31,189 bases of DNA from a virus, in IMG/VR virus record IMGVR_UViG_3300045988_105971, positions 1 to 31,189 of that record. One strand, given 5' to 3'. The notes beneath the pieces are model-generated. The model was not told where the DNA came from. It did not search any database and saw only the letters and a program-made list of their open reading frames with translations. Position 1 is the stretch's first letter, and the number at the start of each line of letters is the position of its first letter. Shown piece by piece: positions 1-6,885 of this stretch. The position numbers and the translations under genes are program-made.

Positions 1-55
1 CACCGCTGCGACCATCATCACGGGCGCGGGCACGTTCATCGGCGCCTGCATCGGC
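1..55. repeat. Terminal direct repeat identical to 31135..31189 (circular-contig closure overlap)
   Basis: The first 55 nt of the window are letter-for-letter identical to the last 55 nt. The length matches a typical assembler k-mer, so the molecule closes into a circle. Confidence 0.9.
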
Positions 56-88
56 ATCAGCACGGTGAAGGACGGCGATGCGAAGTGA
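2..88 (+). CDS. Holin, C-terminal part of the gene that begins at 30999 and crosses the circular junction
   Basis: The reading frame continues from 30999..31189 through the 55-bp overlap to TGA at 86-88. Combined product is about 73 aa with two hydrophobic helices (WVGLVVCPALATLTLTV and TAATIITGAGTFIGACIGI) and a charged tail. The stop overlaps the endolysin GTG start (GTGA). Confidence 0.6.
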   Translation, partial: TAATIITGAGTFIGACIGISTVKDGDAK

Positions 89-1179
89 GCAAGCACCAGA
101 AGAAGGCTTTTGCCGAGGTTGTTGGGCTGCTGCTGGCACTCGTGCTTGCTGCGGTGCTGATGCCTGGCACCGCACACGCCTACGTGCAGAAGGAGACGAT
201 CTGCAACCATGGGCACGGATACAACAGTGCCCAGTATTTGACGGTGCACGAGACCGCCAACCCAGGCGCTAGCGCATACAACCACGTGCGCCTGTACGGC
301 AATGGGAGCTGGCAGTACGCCGTCCAGTACGTGATGGACTTGGACGGCGGCACCGTGTACCACTGCATGGAGGACAACCGCAAGGCATGGGCGGTTGGCA
401 ACGGCAACAGCCGTTGCGTCAACATCGAGCTATGTCACGCCACGAACCGCGCAGATTTCAACAAACAGTGGGATGAGGCGGTTAAATGGTGCGGCGACTA
501 CCTCAATAAGCGAGGTTGGGGGATCGATCGGCTTATCAGCCACAACGATGCTCGTATGCGCTGGGGAGGCTCAGACCACACTGACCCGTTGAGCTATTTC
601 AGCTCTTACGGCAAGAGCTGGAACATGTTCAAGGCTGCTGTTCGCGATTACATGGGCACTGGCCAGGTCGGCGGCACCGTGGAGCAGGGAGCCACCGAAA
701 CACAGGCACCGTCCAGCTACAACGGCTCCAAGAGCTACAGCATCGGCTCCACCTACATGGTGACCGCATCGGCTCTCCATGTACGAAGCGGTGCAAGCGT
801 CAACTGCGGCATCGTCCGCACCTATCCGCATGGCCTGCGCTTCACTTTGCTCGAAACAAAGGGCAACTGGGGTCGCACACCAAGCGGTTGGGTCTGCATG
901 GACTACGCCACCAAGGCAGCCGCCAAGTCTAGTGGCACCATCAAGAGCACGGGCAACGGCACGTATAAAGTGACCGCATCGGCTCTTTATGTCCGCACTG
1001 GTGCGGGCACGGGTTACGCAAAGGTTCCGTACCGCAACCTCACCGCCAACGCGAAGGCGCACGCATACTCCAACGGTTGCCTGAAGAACGGCACTCGCGT
1101 GACCGTGCTGCAAACATCCGGCAACTGGGCGCGCATCCCCAGCGGTTGGGTGTGCATGGACTACCTGAAGGCTGCGTAA
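85..1179 (+). CDS. Endolysin: N-acetylmuramoyl-L-alanine amidase (Amidase_2/PGRP fold) with N-terminal signal-peptide-like segment and three C-terminal SH3b-like repeats
   Basis: 364-aa ORF with GTG start overlapping the holin stop. Residues about 35-190 carry Amidase_2-type motifs (HETANPGA..., NIELCH, SHND...HTDP). Three degenerate repeats follow (Y.VTASAL.VR.GA...GNW.R.PSGWVCMDY), typical of SH3b cell-wall-binding domains. The N-terminus (LLLALVLAAVLMPGTAHA) resembles a signal or SAR sequence. Confidence 0.85.
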   Translation: MSKHQKKAFAEVVGLLLALVLAAVLMPGTAHAYVQKETICNHGHGYNSAQYLTVHETANPGASAYNHVRLYGNGSWQYAVQYVMDLDGGTVYHCMEDNRKAWAVGNGNSRCVNIELCHATNRADFNKQWDEAVKWCGDYLNKRGWGIDRLISHNDARMRWGGSDHTDPLSYFSSYGKSWNMFKAAVRDYMGTGQVGGTVEQGATETQAPSSYNGSKSYSIGSTYMVTASALHVRSGASVNCGIVRTYPHGLRFTLLETKGNWGRTPSGWVCMDYATKAAAKSSGTIKSTGNGTYKVTASALYVRTGAGTGYAKVPYRNLTANAKAHAYSNGCLKNGTRVTVLQTSGNWARIPSGWVCMDYLKAA

Positions 1180-1205
1180 CCAAATTCATGCCAAATTTGC
1201 ACCAA

Positions 1206-1234
1206 CTTTTCACCAGTGCTTTTTGGCGTACAAT
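1206..1234 (+). promoter_or_regulatory. Candidate sigma70-like promoter (TTTTCA - 16 nt - TACAAT) in AT-rich spacer after endolysin
   Basis: TACAAT at 1229-1234 with a weak -35-like TTTTCA at 1207-1212 and an AT-rich upstream stretch. No protein gene lies downstream before the terminator at 1432-1474. Confidence 0.25.
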
Positions 1235-1390
1235 CAGCATTGCTGAAGCCGCTAACGCCTCTGGGCTCGAGCAGGTTCGAGTAGGTTCGAGCTTGTTGTA
1301 CGCAAGTGAAACCTGGCGGCAGGCCATGGTCGATCGATCGAAAAAGACCCAAGGCTTTTAGCCAATCGGCGAATTATCGGCGAATCGACC

Positions 1391-1422
1391 AAAAAAAGAG
1401 CCCGATCTTTGGTCAATCGGGC
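1391..1422 (-). terminator. Rho-independent terminator for the leftward cargo operon
   Basis: On the minus strand, a 7-bp stem (gcccgat / atcgggc) with a 9-nt loop is followed by a run of U (plus-strand aaaaaaa at 1391-1397). It lies just downstream of the 1482 stop of the 271-aa ORF. Confidence 0.6.
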
Positions 1423-1431
1423 AATGAGACG

Positions 1432-1474
1432 GGGCACCTGGCTTTGCGCTGGGTGCCCTTATTTTTTTGTTTGT
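1432..1474 (+). terminator. Rho-independent terminator (plus strand)
   Basis: Stem gggcacc (1432-1438) and ggtgccc (1452-1458) with a 13-nt loop, followed by ttatttttttgtttgt. Confidence 0.6.
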
Positions 1475-1481
1475 GCGGGGG

Positions 1482-2297
1482 TTAGTACATGGTCATGTCA
1501 ATATTGAGCCTCTTGCAGATGTTGACCATTCGCTGCATGTCCCTATCCGAGGCGGTGAGCGGAACTCTTACAGTCGTCGAAGAGCCCCTTGGTGCCGAGG
1601 GCTGCGTGCCATGCTCTGTTGGCTGGCACGGTCCCCTGAATACCAATCCATGTTTCTTTGCCGATGAAGCATGCCTCAGCTTGCCCTCGTCGTCGAACCC
1701 GATGCCATGGCCATCGTAGTTGCCCTCGAACCATGCCTTGCCATTACGGTTGAGCGAGCTTTTCTTTGCCAGTCCGACGACTTCCATGTGGCTATCGCCC
1801 TGACGTAAAATGCAGTACGCATCCGCACCGTCGATCCGGCACCTTACCGCGATGTCACGCCCATTGACGTCTGGCTTCATGCTGGCAATGATGTCGAGCA
1901 ACCTGGTCTCGTGGCTGGGGAAGCCGCTGCTGCACCATGCGTCGTCAACGGGCCCGGGCTCACAGCATGGCTGTTGTTCGGCGCCGCCGTCAAGCTGGCT
2001 GTCTGCACTCAACGCCTCTGCCCACCCGTCTGGATTGTTGTCCGTGACGGCGTATCCCATTCTCCTGGACATGAAGCTGACCGCGCCGATGGACGAGAGG
2101 GCTCCCAGGATGGTGGATGCCTGGTTGCGTGGGATCCCCATATCTTCTTGCATCTCGCCAGAGCGGAACGCCCCATCTCCGTCAGCCGACCACGCTATCC
2201 ATTCGATGGTGTTACGAAGCACGGTGACTGGGATGCCCCTGTGAGACAAAGGCCCGAAGAGCTGCCCGTTCTTTATGTAGAAATCCTTGTTTTGCAT
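1482..2297 (-). CDS. Hypothetical 271-aa cargo (moron) protein, no recognisable domain
   Basis: Begins 6 nt after the stop of the XRE regulator, so it looks like a two-gene operon. G+C is visibly lower than the phage backbone. No signal peptide or TM segment. I found no HExxH, GIY-YIG, Fic or recombinase motif. Confidence 0.6.
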   Translation of the reverse strand: MQNKDFYIKNGQLFGPLSHRGIPVTVLRNTIEWIAWSADGDGAFRSGEMQEDMGIPRNQASTILGALSSIGAVSFMSRRMGYAVTDNNPDGWAEALSADSQLDGGAEQQPCCEPGPVDDAWCSSGFPSHETRLLDIIASMKPDVNGRDIAVRCRIDGADAYCILRQGDSHMEVVGLAKKSSLNRNGKAWFEGNYDGHGIGFDDEGKLRHASSAKKHGLVFRGPCQPTEHGTQPSAPRGSSTTVRVPLTASDRDMQRMVNICKRLNIDMTMY

Positions 2298-2303
2298 ATG
2301 CGG

Positions 2304-2741
2304 TTACCCCTGTTCTTCGCTCACTGTATCCATCAGCCCAGGGAACCCGAACTCCACGTCGAATCCCATCTCCATGAGCATATGTCCTGCGAGCCTGGCG
2401 TTGGCGTTGGCCATCTGCCATTTGGCGGGATCCTCTTCGGGATGAGCACGGGCGTACTCCACCGCATTGCCCCAGTAGCTCAGCCGCACCACCTTCGGTG
2501 TGCCGCGCTCGTCCTCCATGCGCTCAACGGCAGTGATAACCTCGTCAATCGCGCGTATCTGATCTTCACGCGCCTTGATGAGCAGATCCCATGCGAATTC
2601 GCGCGGGGCGTATGCCGTGTTCTCGGCATCCTCCCAGCGCCTAACGCTTCGCGCATCGATGCCGCATTCCTTCGCCACGTGCGCCTGCGTCATGCCCACG
2701 GTTTCGCGAAGTGCGCGGAAGTTTGCTATTGTGTGCTCCAT
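2304..2741 (-). CDS. XRE-family helix-turn-helix transcriptional regulator (candidate repressor)
   Basis: N-terminal HTH_3-like segment LRETVGMTQAHVAKECGIDARSVRRWE. 145 aa. Transcribed divergently from the Cro/Xis-like gene. Confidence 0.75.
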   Translation of the reverse strand: MEHTIANFRALRETVGMTQAHVAKECGIDARSVRRWEDAENTAYAPREFAWDLLIKAREDQIRAIDEVITAVERMEDERGTPKVVRLSYWGNAVEYARAHPEEDPAKWQMANANARLAGHMLMEMGFDVEFGFPGLMDTVSEEQG

Positions 2742-2792
2742 AGCTGCTCCTTTTACGGTTGGAGCCGCCCGAAAGCGGCTCCTTGTGTGCTG

Positions 2793-3047
2793 TTAGATGC
2801 TCTGCTTGTAAGCGTCGAATGTCTTGCGGGCCTGTTTCAACGCTTCCGAATATCCAAGCTCGGTGACGGAGAACTCGCGGCTGCGGGAGTCGCCGCTACC
2901 GGTTACCTCTCCCTGCTCGTCCTCCCACCAGTCGGTGATCTCGACGTTGATGAGGTCGGCGAACTCGCCCTTGTTCAAGCGCTCGATGGTGATCTCGTAG
3001 CAATGGCCGAGGTGGTTTGCCTTGATTGCATCGATGACGTTCTTCAT
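2793..3047 (-). CDS. Small hypothetical protein (84 aa), weak HicB/DUF1902-like pattern
   Basis: First gene of the leftward operon. The pattern CYEITIERLNKGEFADLINVEI resembles HicB-like antitoxin N-termini, but this is tentative. Confidence 0.45.
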   Translation of the reverse strand: MKNVIDAIKANHLGHCYEITIERLNKGEFADLINVEITDWWEDEQGEVTGSGDSRSREFSVTELGYSEALKQARKTFDAYKQSI

Positions 3048-3103
3048 TTCAATCTTCCTCTCTTGGGGCTTGGCGGGCTTCCTTTGCCCTTCCTTATGTC
3101 TCT

Positions 3104-3132
3104 ATTATAGTCCTATGATAGGACTATAGCAA
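3104..3132 (-). promoter_or_regulatory. Candidate leftward promoter (-10 TATAAT at 3104-3109 on minus strand; -35-like TTGCTA at 3127-3132)
   Basis: On the minus strand a perfect TATAAT lies 17 bp downstream of TTGCTA. The 23-bp palindrome sits between and over the two hexamers. The site is about 60 nt upstream of the 3047 start codon. Confidence 0.35.
3106..3128. promoter_or_regulatory. Perfect 23-bp palindromic operator candidate tatagtcctat-g-ataggactata
   Basis: 11-bp arms are exact reverse complements about the central g at 3117. The element overlaps the leftward -10. Confidence 0.6.
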
Positions 3133-3281
3133 GAGAAATCTTTTGCCATTCGCGCCGACCGCGCGCGACCCGTCACCGTCCGTCACCGTCCGACACGGTG
3201 CGACAAAGGTGCGACACTGTCGCGACAGTTCGACGACGCTGTCGTTTGCTTGTCGCTGTGGATAACTTGGTCTGCCTCTTT

Positions 3282-3328
3282 GCCTGTGCAGAAAAATTGT
3301 GAATAAACTGTGCAACTTCTGCACAGGC
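3282..3328. promoter_or_regulatory. Inverted repeat gcctgtgcagaa ... ttctgcacaggc (12-bp arms, 23-nt AT-rich spacer) with TGTGCA half-sites; candidate operator over a rightward promoter-like element
   Basis: Arms at 3282-3293 and 3317-3328 are exact reverse complements. The spacer holds a further ctgtgca copy. TTGCCT (3279-3284), 17 nt, then TAAACT (3302-3307) reads as a weak sigma70-like promoter. Confidence 0.45.
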
Positions 3329-3425
3329 AACCGCGATACCCTGACGCGCTCTGGTATGGTTATGCACGCTGAGGTGCAGCAATGAACGCCTAAGCACAGT
3401 TGGGAACACGTAGGTACGCTCTTCC

Positions 3426-3505
3426 GGTCCGCAGGTGCGCACGGGGCAACCCCCCCCATGAGCCACCTCCATTCAAACGTTTCAACCCGTGCGCACCTGC
3501 GGACC
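3426..3505. promoter_or_regulatory. 20-bp perfect inverted repeat (ggtccgcaggtgcgcacggg / cccgtgcgcacctgcggacc) with 40-nt spacer containing a C7 tract; long hairpin in the leader of the Cro/Xis-like gene
   Basis: 3426-3445 is the exact reverse complement of 3486-3505. The loop contains ccccccc at 3451-3457. The RBS and ATG at 3526 follow immediately. Confidence 0.6.
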
Positions 3506-3525
3506 AGAGAAGGAAAGGAGCAGAC

Positions 3526-3741
3526 ATGGAGCTGACGATGCCCAAGAGGCCGATTGGCAAGCCGATGTACACGGTGCAGGAGGTCGCCCAGCTGGCGGGC
3601 GTCAGCAAGGGAACCGTATACGAGGAGATCAAGCGCGGGAACCTCCAGGCGGTGGTCCGCAGGGGATGCACCCAGGGATACCGCATCAGGAGCGAGGCGC
3701 TGGACAGATGGATCGACGAGCAGTGGACGCCCGTCGTGTAG
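3526..3741 (+). CDS. HTH_17 (excisionase/MerR-like) DNA-binding protein; candidate Cro/Xis-like early regulator
   Basis: YTVQEVAQLAGVSKGTVYEEIKRGNLQAV is a classic excisionase-family HTH. RBS ggaaaggag sits upstream of the ATG. First gene of the rightward early operon. Confidence 0.7.
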   Translation: MELTMPKRPIGKPMYTVQEVAQLAGVSKGTVYEEIKRGNLQAVVRRGCTQGYRIRSEALDRWIDEQWTPVV

Positions 3742-3754
3742 AGAGGAGACAGGC

Positions 3755-3889
3755 ATGACAGCAACGGATAGGGCGCGCATGCGCGAGGAGATGCGCCGCG
3801 AGGAGCGCAGGCGGCTCGCCGTCGACACGGCAGTCGTGATGGGCGGCTTCACCGCGCTGGTGGCGCTGTTCTGGGTGCTGGCGCTCTGA
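3755..3889 (+). CDS. Small membrane protein (44 aa)
   Basis: RBS gagaggagacaggc before the ATG. C-terminal hydrophobic helix GGFTALVALFWVLAL. Stop overlaps the RusA start (TGATG). Confidence 0.4.
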   Translation: MTATDRARMREEMRREERRRLAVDTAVVMGGFTALVALFWVLAL

Positions 3890-4248
3890 TGCGGTACGTG
3901 TTCGAGGTGCCGGGCGTCCTTCCGACGCTCAACGAGTACGTGAACTGCGAGCGCGCCAACCGCTACGCCGCCGCGAGCCTCAAGAAGAGCGTGCAGGGCC
4001 GCATACGCGAGTGCCTGGTGCGCGCCCCCGAGTTCAAGGGGCATGTGACGGTGGAGATCACCTGGATCCGCCCGAACGCGCGCAGCGACAAGGACAACGT
4101 CGCCTTCGCCAAGAAGTTCATCCTCGACGCGCTCCAGGAAGCGGGCGTGATCGAGAGCGACAGCTGGAAGATGTGCACCCCGTACGACGCGGGGTTCATG
4201 GTTAACAGGAAGCGCCCTCGCACCGTGGTGCGCATCGAGGGCGACTAG
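3889..4248 (+). CDS. rusA: RusA-like Holliday-junction resolvase
   Basis: 119 aa. The motif DKDNVAFAKKFILDALQEAGVIESDSW matches the RusA catalytic Asp cluster (compare E. coli RusA [25 protein letters not shown]). An N-terminal PTLNEY-type motif is also present. Confidence 0.6.
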   Translation: MRYVFEVPGVLPTLNEYVNCERANRYAAASLKKSVQGRIRECLVRAPEFKGHVTVEITWIRPNARSDKDNVAFAKKFILDALQEAGVIESDSWKMCTPYDAGFMVNRKRPRTVVRIEGD

Positions 4249-4874
4249 TGGGACGCGAATGGACGACAAGGGAGATAGCGTACCTGCGCGAGAGCGCGGG
4301 CAGGGTGCCCCTGCGCGAGATCCAGCTGCACCTGCGCCGAAGCGCCGAGAGCGTGCGCTGGCAGGCGAAGAAGCTCGGCCTTTCTGTGCGGGTCCCGGCA
4401 TGGCGGCTCCACTGGTGCGACGAGTGCGCCACATGGCGCACGAGGATCCAGGCCAACGGGCGCTGCCGAGTGTGCCAGGCGCGGGCGAACATCGAGCGCG
4501 AGGAGGGCCGCATCGCCGACGCCCTGCGCGGGCTGCCGCTCGAGCGGAGGCTCGCCTTCGAGCGCGGAGAGTCGAAGAAGGGGCGCCAGAAGGCAATGGG
4601 GCCTCCTCCGGTGAGGCAACGGGTCCCGGAGGACGCGACGCCGTACCAGCGGTCCAGGGCCGAGCAGGACTACCTGGCTGCTATGGAGCACTGGCAATGG
4701 GAGCGGCTGCAGATGCGCTACGACGCGCAGAGGCAGCGGCTCAAGGACATAAAGGACATCGGAAGGAAGGAAAAGCATGCAACTGAAGGAGATCAGCCTG
4801 GAGGACGTGTTCCCCAGCAAGGACAACCCACGCCAGGACTTCGGGGACATCGAGGCGCTGGCGGAGAGCCTTGA
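4248..4874 (+). CDS. Hypothetical protein with Cys4 zinc-finger (CDEC...CRVC) and basic N-terminal DNA-binding-like segment
   Basis: GTG start overlapping the RusA stop. The last 98 nt overlap the ParB-like gene in another frame. Confidence 0.45.
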   Translation: MGREWTTREIAYLRESAGRVPLREIQLHLRRSAESVRWQAKKLGLSVRVPAWRLHWCDECATWRTRIQANGRCRVCQARANIEREEGRIADALRGLPLERRLAFERGESKKGRQKAMGPPPVRQRVPEDATPYQRSRAEQDYLAAMEHWQWERLQMRYDAQRQRLKDIKDIGRKEKHATEGDQPGGRVPQQGQPTPGLRGHRGAGGEP

Positions 4875-5985
4875 GGGCGGCCAGCCCAACATCCCGATCA
4901 TCGTCGCCCAGGACGGCGGAATCTACACGATCATCGACGGCGAGCGTCGCTACCGCGCGATGAAGGTGCTCGGCACCAAGCGCACCCAGGCGCTGGTGGC
5001 GGAGGACCAGAGCGACGCGGACGTGATGGTGGCGATGGTCGCCGCCGACAACAAGAAGCAGCTCACGCCGGTGGAACTCTCCCGCGGGATCCAGCAGGCG
5101 CTCCACTTCGCGGACGTGGAGCGCGTCGAGAAGGTGTCGGGGCGCAAGAGCCTGGGGCGCGTGAAGCGAGCTCGGGCGAAGGTGCAGGACGCCGCAGACG
5201 ACATGAGCCTGGACAGGCTCCTAGCCATCGACGAGCTGAGCTTCAGCCGCGCCGCGGTCGACCAGCTGACCAACTGCCGAGAGGCCGAGTGGAGGCGCGT
5301 CTACGACCGCATCAAGCAGGACCTGGAGACGGAGCGCAGGACCCAGGAGCTCGACGACGAGCTGGAGGCGGCGGGCATCGCGAAGGCAATGCGGATGCCG
5401 GACGGCGACTGGGGGTACTTCGCGCAATGCGGCCAGGGCGACGTGCAGAAGCTGGTCGAGCGCGCCGACGGCGCGGAGCTGGTCGCGGTCGGCACGGGGC
5501 TGTACCGCAGCGTGTACCGCAGGACCGACGAGCAGGTAAGCCGCGCCGAGGACGAGCGCCGGGAGCGCATCGACGAGGTGTCGCGTGCGCTTGAGGAGTC
5601 CGCCGAGCGCCGCGCGAAGTGGCTGGGCGAGCTTGTCAACGGCTTAGACGACAGCAAGGCGGGGCCAATCCGCTTCGCGGGCAGCAAGGCCGTGCGCCTG
5701 TGCGCCGAGCGCTTCGAGGAGCGCTTCGGGCGCGAGGTGGAGCGCTTCGACGAGATGTGCGGCACCAGCACCGGCAAGTGCATCAACGAGCTGACGGTGG
5801 CGCTTGGGCTTCCCGGCACGCCCGACGCGCGGAGCCTGGTCGACGGCAAGGCGCCGCTGTACCAGGAGGACATGGCGAAGCAGGGCAAGGCGCTGTTCGC
5901 CGCGATGCTCGCCGACGGCTACGAGCCCGAGGGCGAGGAGGAGGCCGAGCTGTTCAGGCTCATGGAAGAGATGGAGGTGGACTAG
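4777..5985 (+). CDS. ParB-like nuclease domain (ParB/Srx N-terminal) protein
   Basis: N-terminal ParBc signature (DVFPSKDNPRQDFGDIEALAESL ... YTIIDGERRYRAMKVLG). 402 aa. Common in phage recombination/replication modules. Confidence 0.7.
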   Translation: MQLKEISLEDVFPSKDNPRQDFGDIEALAESLEGGQPNIPIIVAQDGGIYTIIDGERRYRAMKVLGTKRTQALVAEDQSDADVMVAMVAADNKKQLTPVELSRGIQQALHFADVERVEKVSGRKSLGRVKRARAKVQDAADDMSLDRLLAIDELSFSRAAVDQLTNCREAEWRRVYDRIKQDLETERRTQELDDELEAAGIAKAMRMPDGDWGYFAQCGQGDVQKLVERADGAELVAVGTGLYRSVYRRTDEQVSRAEDERRERIDEVSRALEESAERRAKWLGELVNGLDDSKAGPIRFAGSKAVRLCAERFEERFGREVERFDEMCGTSTGKCINELTVALGLPGTPDARSLVDGKAPLYQEDMAKQGKALFAAMLADGYEPEGEEEAELFRLMEEMEVD

Positions 5986-6885
5986 ATGGGGGAGAGCGTG
6001 GAAGCGAAGGCGCTGGACACCAATCTTGTCGTGGTGAAGGTCGACCCGCAGAAGGTGACCGACCTCATCCTCGGCATGGACGCCGAGGTCAGGAAGTGCA
6101 ACGCCATCGTGGCGGAGTTCGAGGGCTCGACCCTGGACGGTGCCGCAGACGAGGACGTGAAGCGGCTGAGCCAGGACCTCAGCCGCCACTACAAAGACGC
6201 GGACGAGGCGCGCAAGCGGTTCAAGCGCGAGTGGCAGGAGCCGCAGAAGGCGGTGGAGGCGGCCTTCAAGGATGCCCTCGACCCCATGAAGGAGCTCGTC
6301 GACGCGTACAAGGGCGAGCTTGACGCGCGCAACGCAGCCAAGCGCCAGGAGCGATACGAGCTGATGTGCGAGTTCTACGAGGCCGACGCGCCGACGCTCG
6401 CCGAGCTGGTGCCGATCGAGCGTTTCGGAATCGAGCGCGACAAGATGAGCGTGGCCAAGAGCTGGAGCCTGGTCAAGGAGCAGGAGCGCCTACACGCGCA
6501 GCTCGTTCAGGCGCTCAACGACTGGGCGGCGCTCAAGACGGGCCACCTATCCTTCGAGCAGGAGGCGGAGGCGGAGTTCTTCCGCACTCTCAGCCTGCAG
6601 GCGGCGCTCAACCTCAACGCGATGAGGGAAGAGGAGCAGGCGCAGATCGACAAGCTCAACGCAGAGATGGGCGTTGCGCCAGAGCCAGAGCCGACGCCCG
6701 AGCAAGAGCGAGAGCCGCAGCCCGAGCCTGAGCAGGCGGCAGCACAGCCGTCGGAGCCGGTTGGGCGCTACTGCATCGTCTGCGACATGACCCCCGCCCA
6801 GAAGCACAGGCTGCTCGGGTACATGAGGGCGGCAGGCATACACGGGCACATCAACACCATCAGGAAGGAGAACGCAAATGGGTAA
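5986..6885 (+). CDS. Hypothetical phage protein (coiled-coil, possibly DUF1351-like) immediately upstream of RecT
   Basis: 299 aa. Acidic and coiled-coil. The ATG overlaps the ParB-like stop. A C-terminal Pro/Glu-rich linker precedes a short CxxC-containing tail. Confidence 0.5.
   Translation: MGESVEAKALDTNLVVVKVDPQKVTDLILGMDAEVRKCNAIVAEFEGSTLDGAADEDVKRLSQDLSRHYKDADEARKRFKREWQEPQKAVEAAFKDALDPMKELVDAYKGELDARNAAKRQERYELMCEFYEADAPTLAELVPIERFGIERDKMSVAKSWSLVKEQERLHAQLVQALNDWAALKTGHLSFEQEAEAEFFRTLSLQAALNLNAMREEEQAQIDKLNAEMGVAPEPEPTPEQEREPQPEPEQAAAQPSEPVGRYCIVCDMTPAQKHRLLGYMRAAGIHGHINTIRKENANG

Larger units (their letters stand above)
1235..1474 (+). ncRNA. Candidate small non-coding RNA / structured untranslated region between promoter-like element and intrinsic terminator
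   Basis: About 240 nt with no ORF that has an RBS. Contains tandem repeats caggttcgag/taggttcgag (1272-1291) and atcggcgaatt/atcggcgaatc (1365-1386). Ends in a strong rho-independent terminator. Confidence 0.2.

Noticed and set aside
1-55. Direct terminal repeat of a linear phage genome
   Set aside because: The length is exactly 55 nt (a common assembler k-mer). A gene reads straight through the junction. This fits a circular-contig artefact rather than a biological terminal redundancy.
1189-1362. 57-aa ORF (MPNLHQLFTSAFWRT...) in the post-lysin spacer
   Set aside because: There is no RBS, it overlaps the promoter-like element and tandem repeats, and its composition is non-protein-like. The region is more likely non-coding.
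1482-2297. 271-aa cargo protein as ImmA-type metalloprotease, Fic, GIY-YIG nuclease or recombinase
   Set aside because: No HExxH, HPFx(D/E)GNGR, GIY...YIG or Tyr/Ser-recombinase catalytic signature could be found by eye. It is left as unknown.
3124-4596. Long minus-strand ORFs (e.g. 3124..4596, 5644..6189, 7950..8993, 14691..16124, 17213..19033, 20118..21188, 24058..24834, 25093..25890, 26733..28334) and alternative-frame plus-strand ORFs such as 6949..7974
   Set aside because: Their composition is Arg/Ala/Pro/Gly-rich with no motifs. They lie antisense or out of frame to well-supported genes. High G+C suppresses stop codons, so such ORFs are expected by chance.
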